Positions 60,369 to 64,000 of a stretch of 64,000 nt of DNA are shown piece by piece (position 1 is the first letter of the stretch; each line of letters begins with the position of its first letter). A program made the position numbers and the translations under genes. The stretch is from Mustelus asterias. Taxonomy: Eukaryota. A model generated the notes under the pieces. That model did not search any database. It was not told the DNA's origin and was given only the letters and a program-made list of their open reading frames with translations. Location of the stretch: the NCBI RefSeq assembly GCF_964213995.1, contig NC_135822.1, positions 53,072,001 through 53,136,000 on the forward strand, read 5' to 3'.

Positions 60369-60709
60369 TTTTTTTGTATCAGTCTACAACAAGGGTTGTG
60401 TCTCTGTGTCACACTAGCTGCACAGTAAGAGGTTGCCGAGTCTGTGGGCTTGGAGTCTATCAGCTGCAGGCCGAAGCGGTTGTTTGTGGGCTGGTGCTTC
60501 ACTGGGAAGCGTTGCGCAAAAGCTGTGCCACAGCTGCCGGCTTCACGGCACATCCACTCGATTGCCTTCCCCTGCTGCATGTACCAATGCGTTGTGCAGC
60601 TGCTCATGCTGGCTCCCTCCGAACTGCAGCTCAAATCGAGAGACTGTTCTGGCAAAATAGCGGCGGCTAGGGGCTGGAGACTGGCCCACAGTGGATGCAG
60701 CCCAAACCC
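60369..60709 (-). pseudogene. TCR V pseudogene, TRDV2-like family (V exon 60409-60709; imperfect RSS)
   Basis: GVWAASTVGQSP, one frameshift near 60670, then EQSLDLSC...THWYMQQGKAIEWMCREAGSCGTAFAQRF...DSATSYCAAS; RSS CACAGAG-24-ACAAAAAAA. Confidence 0.85.
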
Positions 60710-60948
60710 CTAGAATATATTTTAAAAAGGACAAAAGGATTAGAACCCAGATCTTTAAAATGTTCACTACTATAGAGAGTTATAGAATTTTGCAGTAGAG
60801 AAAGAGGCGATTTGGCCAAGAACATCTACAACACCTGCTTGTAAGGAATGTGGGCCTAATGCCTACACAACTGAACCCTGGGGACACGGGCGCGAATCTT
60901 ACAACGTCAGTTTTCATTTAGGAACTCCATGACTAAAAATATTTTTTG

Positions 60949-61250
60949 TAAGTTTATTTATTACTTACAAGTAAGGCTTACATTAACACTGCAATGAAGT
61001 TACTGTGAAATTCCCCTCGTCGCCACACTCCGCCGCCTGTCCGCCGCTGAGGGAGAATTGAGCATGGCCAATGCACCTAACCTGCACGTCTTTTGGACTG
61101 TGGGAGGAAATCGGAGCACCCGGAGGAAACCCACGCAGACACGGGGAGAACGTGCAAACTCCACACAGACAGTGACCCAAGCCGGGAATCGAACCTGGGT
61201 CCGTGACGCTTTGACGCAGCAGTGCCAACCACTGTGCTACCGTACCGCCC
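60949..61250 (-). mobile_element. tRNA-derived SINE (HE1-like head, non-CR1 tail)
   Basis: GGGCGGTACGGTAGCACAGTGG head, GGTTCGATTCCC B-box; same tail type as 22125-22427. Confidence 0.88.
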
Positions 61251-61344
61251 ATAAATATTATTCATTTGAAATATATATGGAAAGGAATAATTGTAGATAT
61301 TCGAGCATTGGTGATTGTTAGTAGAAACCTATTTTGTTCCCGCT

Positions 61345-61670
61345 GCATCTGAAAAGTATCCAGCATAATCAAAGACCCCGGACATATTGTCTTCCGCCTT
61401 CTTCCGTCGGGAAAAAGTTGCAAAAAAAACTTAAAACACTTGCCAACAAACTCAAGGCCAGTTTAATCCATGGTATCATCAGACTTTTGAATGATCCTAT
61501 CATACATCAAGCTAATTTTTCTCTTCATCCTACCTGTAATTGTAACATTATATTCTGAACTATCCTTTCCTTCTCCCTTAGCTACTCTCCGAACGATATG
61601 TTTTGTCTGTAGAGCGCGCAATATTTTTCACTGTAACCCAATATATTTGACAATAATAAATCAAATCAAG
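61345..61670 (+). mobile_element. Rex1/Babar-like LINE 3' fragment
   Basis: CCAGCATAATCAAAGACCCC...CTTCCGTCGGG and (AATCA)n tail, as at 47270-47595. Confidence 0.65.
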
Positions 61671-63089
61671 TTATTTCTCCTTAGGAAAGGAAATCTGCCG
61701 GCCTCAGCTGGCCGGACCTACATGTGACTCTGGATCCAGGATGGTTGACTCTCTACTGCTTTCAAGACAAGTAGGGATGGGCAACAATCGCCTGCATCGC
61801 GAGCGGCAACCCAATTCCATGAAAACATTTGAAAGCCAATTACGGTAATTTGCCTGTTCTTACCCACTGCCCTCCGAATCTGCCCCTTGCCCACCTGTGA
61901 GTATTGATGCAATTTCACTTCGAAAACTAATATCAAATTTACGGCCTTTTGCGGACAATTGCGATTCCCCTTATTTCTACAATCAGCACTTACACCCAAT
62001 CCAGGGTCCGATAGAAAAGGTGACAAAGGTGACAAAGATTCTGACCGTTTTGGCTGAGATTGCCATCAGCCTTCTCAGGAGCCGATGGACAGAGTTACTT
62101 CCAGATAAGACGCCGCTTGTGAATTTACTCGTCTGGCAGTAGAAATGCCACAAGTTATGAGGAACTGAACCGAACACTTGGTCGTCCAATCACGTGGCTG
62201 AACAACACAAGTCAACCAATAGAACACGGGGATCATTTCCGATGGGAGCAGTGCTTATTTTGCAAATTCTTCCAAATCCCCCTTCCCTGCCTTCTCTCGC
62301 CTCTTATGTATTCCTTTTCTTCTTTTCTCTCCCTTCTACCTAGTATTGCCTCATTAATCATTGTTCAGAGATGAATCCATTCAGTAGTAAATGAGCATGT
62401 GTGGTGCAGCATTGCCATCTCTTGCTTTAGAGGCTACTTGAGCCTCTAAATCACCGTATTGGTATGGATTTAGAGTCCTTTCTATTGCCATCTGTTGCTT
62501 TAGAGTCTACATGAAGCTTAGGAAACACAGCACTTAAGTGTCACAGTTGATACGTTCAGAGCACATCTACGGGCACTGCATCTATGGGGTGAATGCATTT
62601 GCATCTTCTTGACAGCAACTCTTTTCGTTCTGCGATTGACACATGCGATTGAATGTCAAAATAGGCAAGGACGTTAGATTTTCCTCCGTAAATCACATTA
62701 TTGTCACACAAGCAACAATAGCATAGTAGTTAACATTGCTGAAATTAGCATTATTATATAGGTTTAAACAATGGAATTCAAATTGCAGCAATAGCCTTGG
62801 AGTAATTAAACCCTAGTCCACCAGAAGATTAGTCTGGGCTTCTGGATTGCCCGTCCAATTATATTATCATCAGACAAGCACCTGAAAGTTTCAGTACCGA
62901 TTCCATTCATGATAGACTTGAAATGTGCGAATGAGCTTGTTGTTTTTATAGAAGGACATGTCGAGTGCATACTTGAGCAAATTGTTCAGAAGTGGATATA
63001 GATCAGAAGATATTATATCCCCCAAGTTCAAGGGGTATAAGGGATGGAAAACAGTCGCCCATACCCCGGCAAAGAATCGGTCTGTACCA

Positions 63090-63175
63090 TGGATTCAGGA
63101 TTCAATCCTGGACCGGGGAGCGGCGCGGGCTTGGAGGGCCGAAGGGCCTGTTCCTGTGCTGTATTGTTCTTTGTT
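63090..63175 (+). mobile_element. CR1 3'-terminal fragment of the 27920-30582 subfamily
   Basis: GGATTCAGGATTCAATCCTGGACCGGGGAGCGGCGCGGGCTTGGAGGGCCGAAGG, identical to ~30489-30543. Confidence 0.85.
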
Positions 63176-64000
63176 ATATCTAATGTCGTCATATCTTTTG
63201 CAAAGTGTGTTGCTCCGAATTGGACAGAGTCCTAAAGAAGCCAAGAATCTTCTACATGTTACCTGCCTGGACAATCAGTTCATTTGACGTTAAGCGGAAG
63301 ACCAGGTAGAACATAGACGAACCTTTTTGAAATTGTGTTCCCACGACCTTTGAGGACCAGCGGAGGTTTCCGGTTGATTTGTTTATCATTAATCTGGAGA
63401 CTCTCCTCGGCAGCTCTTAGTACACGCACCGAGGCGTCAACCAGTAAACTTCTGACCAGGGGTATAAATGATACCAGCTGAACCACGGTTGAGCCACAGC
63501 GTTAGTAATGTTTCGGCTGTAATGTGCGTCTAAAGATTAAATTGACAATGAAAGCGTCAGCGAACATCACTGCCAGCAGCACAAACCACATTAAGGTTGC
63601 CCTCCTATGCTTCCTCGCTACAATGATCCGCCAAACTATCACCATTGCACACATCGTCACTATGATAGTAAGAAGCCCACCCTGATCATCCCGGACATTG
63701 TTATCAGAGCCACTTCTCAATGCAATTATCATGGGTGACTTATTTTTCATTGGGGGATGTGCGGGGAGCAAGGTCGACATGTATTGGCCAGATAAGTACA
63801 ACAATGTTCTGTTAGGCAACTGGAGAAGGCAGTTATAGTTGTTCTGTGTCTGGTATCATATAGAGATATAACTGGATGAGGTGGCGGATTCCCACACTTC
63901 AATGAGATGGTCACCATTGCTGAAACGAGCTTCACATTCCAGCCTCGTTTACTTTAAAATAACATTTTGCATGGAATGTGCGTGCCGCTGGAAAGGTGGG

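Noticed and set aside
60710-60767. Apparent intronless hydrophobic leader (ILKIWVLILLSFL) in frame with the 60.4-kb V
   Set aside because: Starts at GTG and coincides with the branch point (CTAAT), pyrimidine tract and AG acceptor, so it is intron.
15936-61250. tRNA-like A/B boxes at several positions
   Set aside because: They are SINE heads continuing into the SINE core, not tRNA genes.

Overview
Vertebrate genomic DNA, almost certainly from a cartilaginous fish (shark-type HE1-like SINEs and CR1 LINE families). The window covers part of the V-segment array of a T-cell receptor locus, most likely TRB. Between 32.3 and 60.7 kb, all on the minus strand and each followed by a 23-bp-spacer-type RSS, are three open V segments (32349-33196, 33505-33935, 55907-56344), three V pseudogenes (45.4, 58.6, 60.4 kb) and one V relic (44.8 kb). 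Two open Vs resemble mammalian TRBV30, one resembles fish TRBV, and two pseudogenes carry a TRDV2-like CDR2 signature with Tyr replaced by Cys. No convincing D, J or C segment was found. The rest is dense, nested retroelement DNA: a very young full-length Gypsy LTR element (34730-42015; one 1979-aa PNMA-like gag-pol ORF, tRNA-Thr PBS, TACA TSD), a CR1 with intact ORF2 (4672-7491), many truncated CR1, Rex1/Babar and older LINE pieces, SINEs, micro/minisatellites and three assembly gaps. Most notable: a perfect 17-bp hairpin covering a V leader splice donor, delta-like Vs among beta-like Vs, a slippery site plus pseudoknot inside an in-frame gag-pol, and a decayed plus-strand V-set Ig exon with no RSS. 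All family assignments are from recalled motifs, not database searches.
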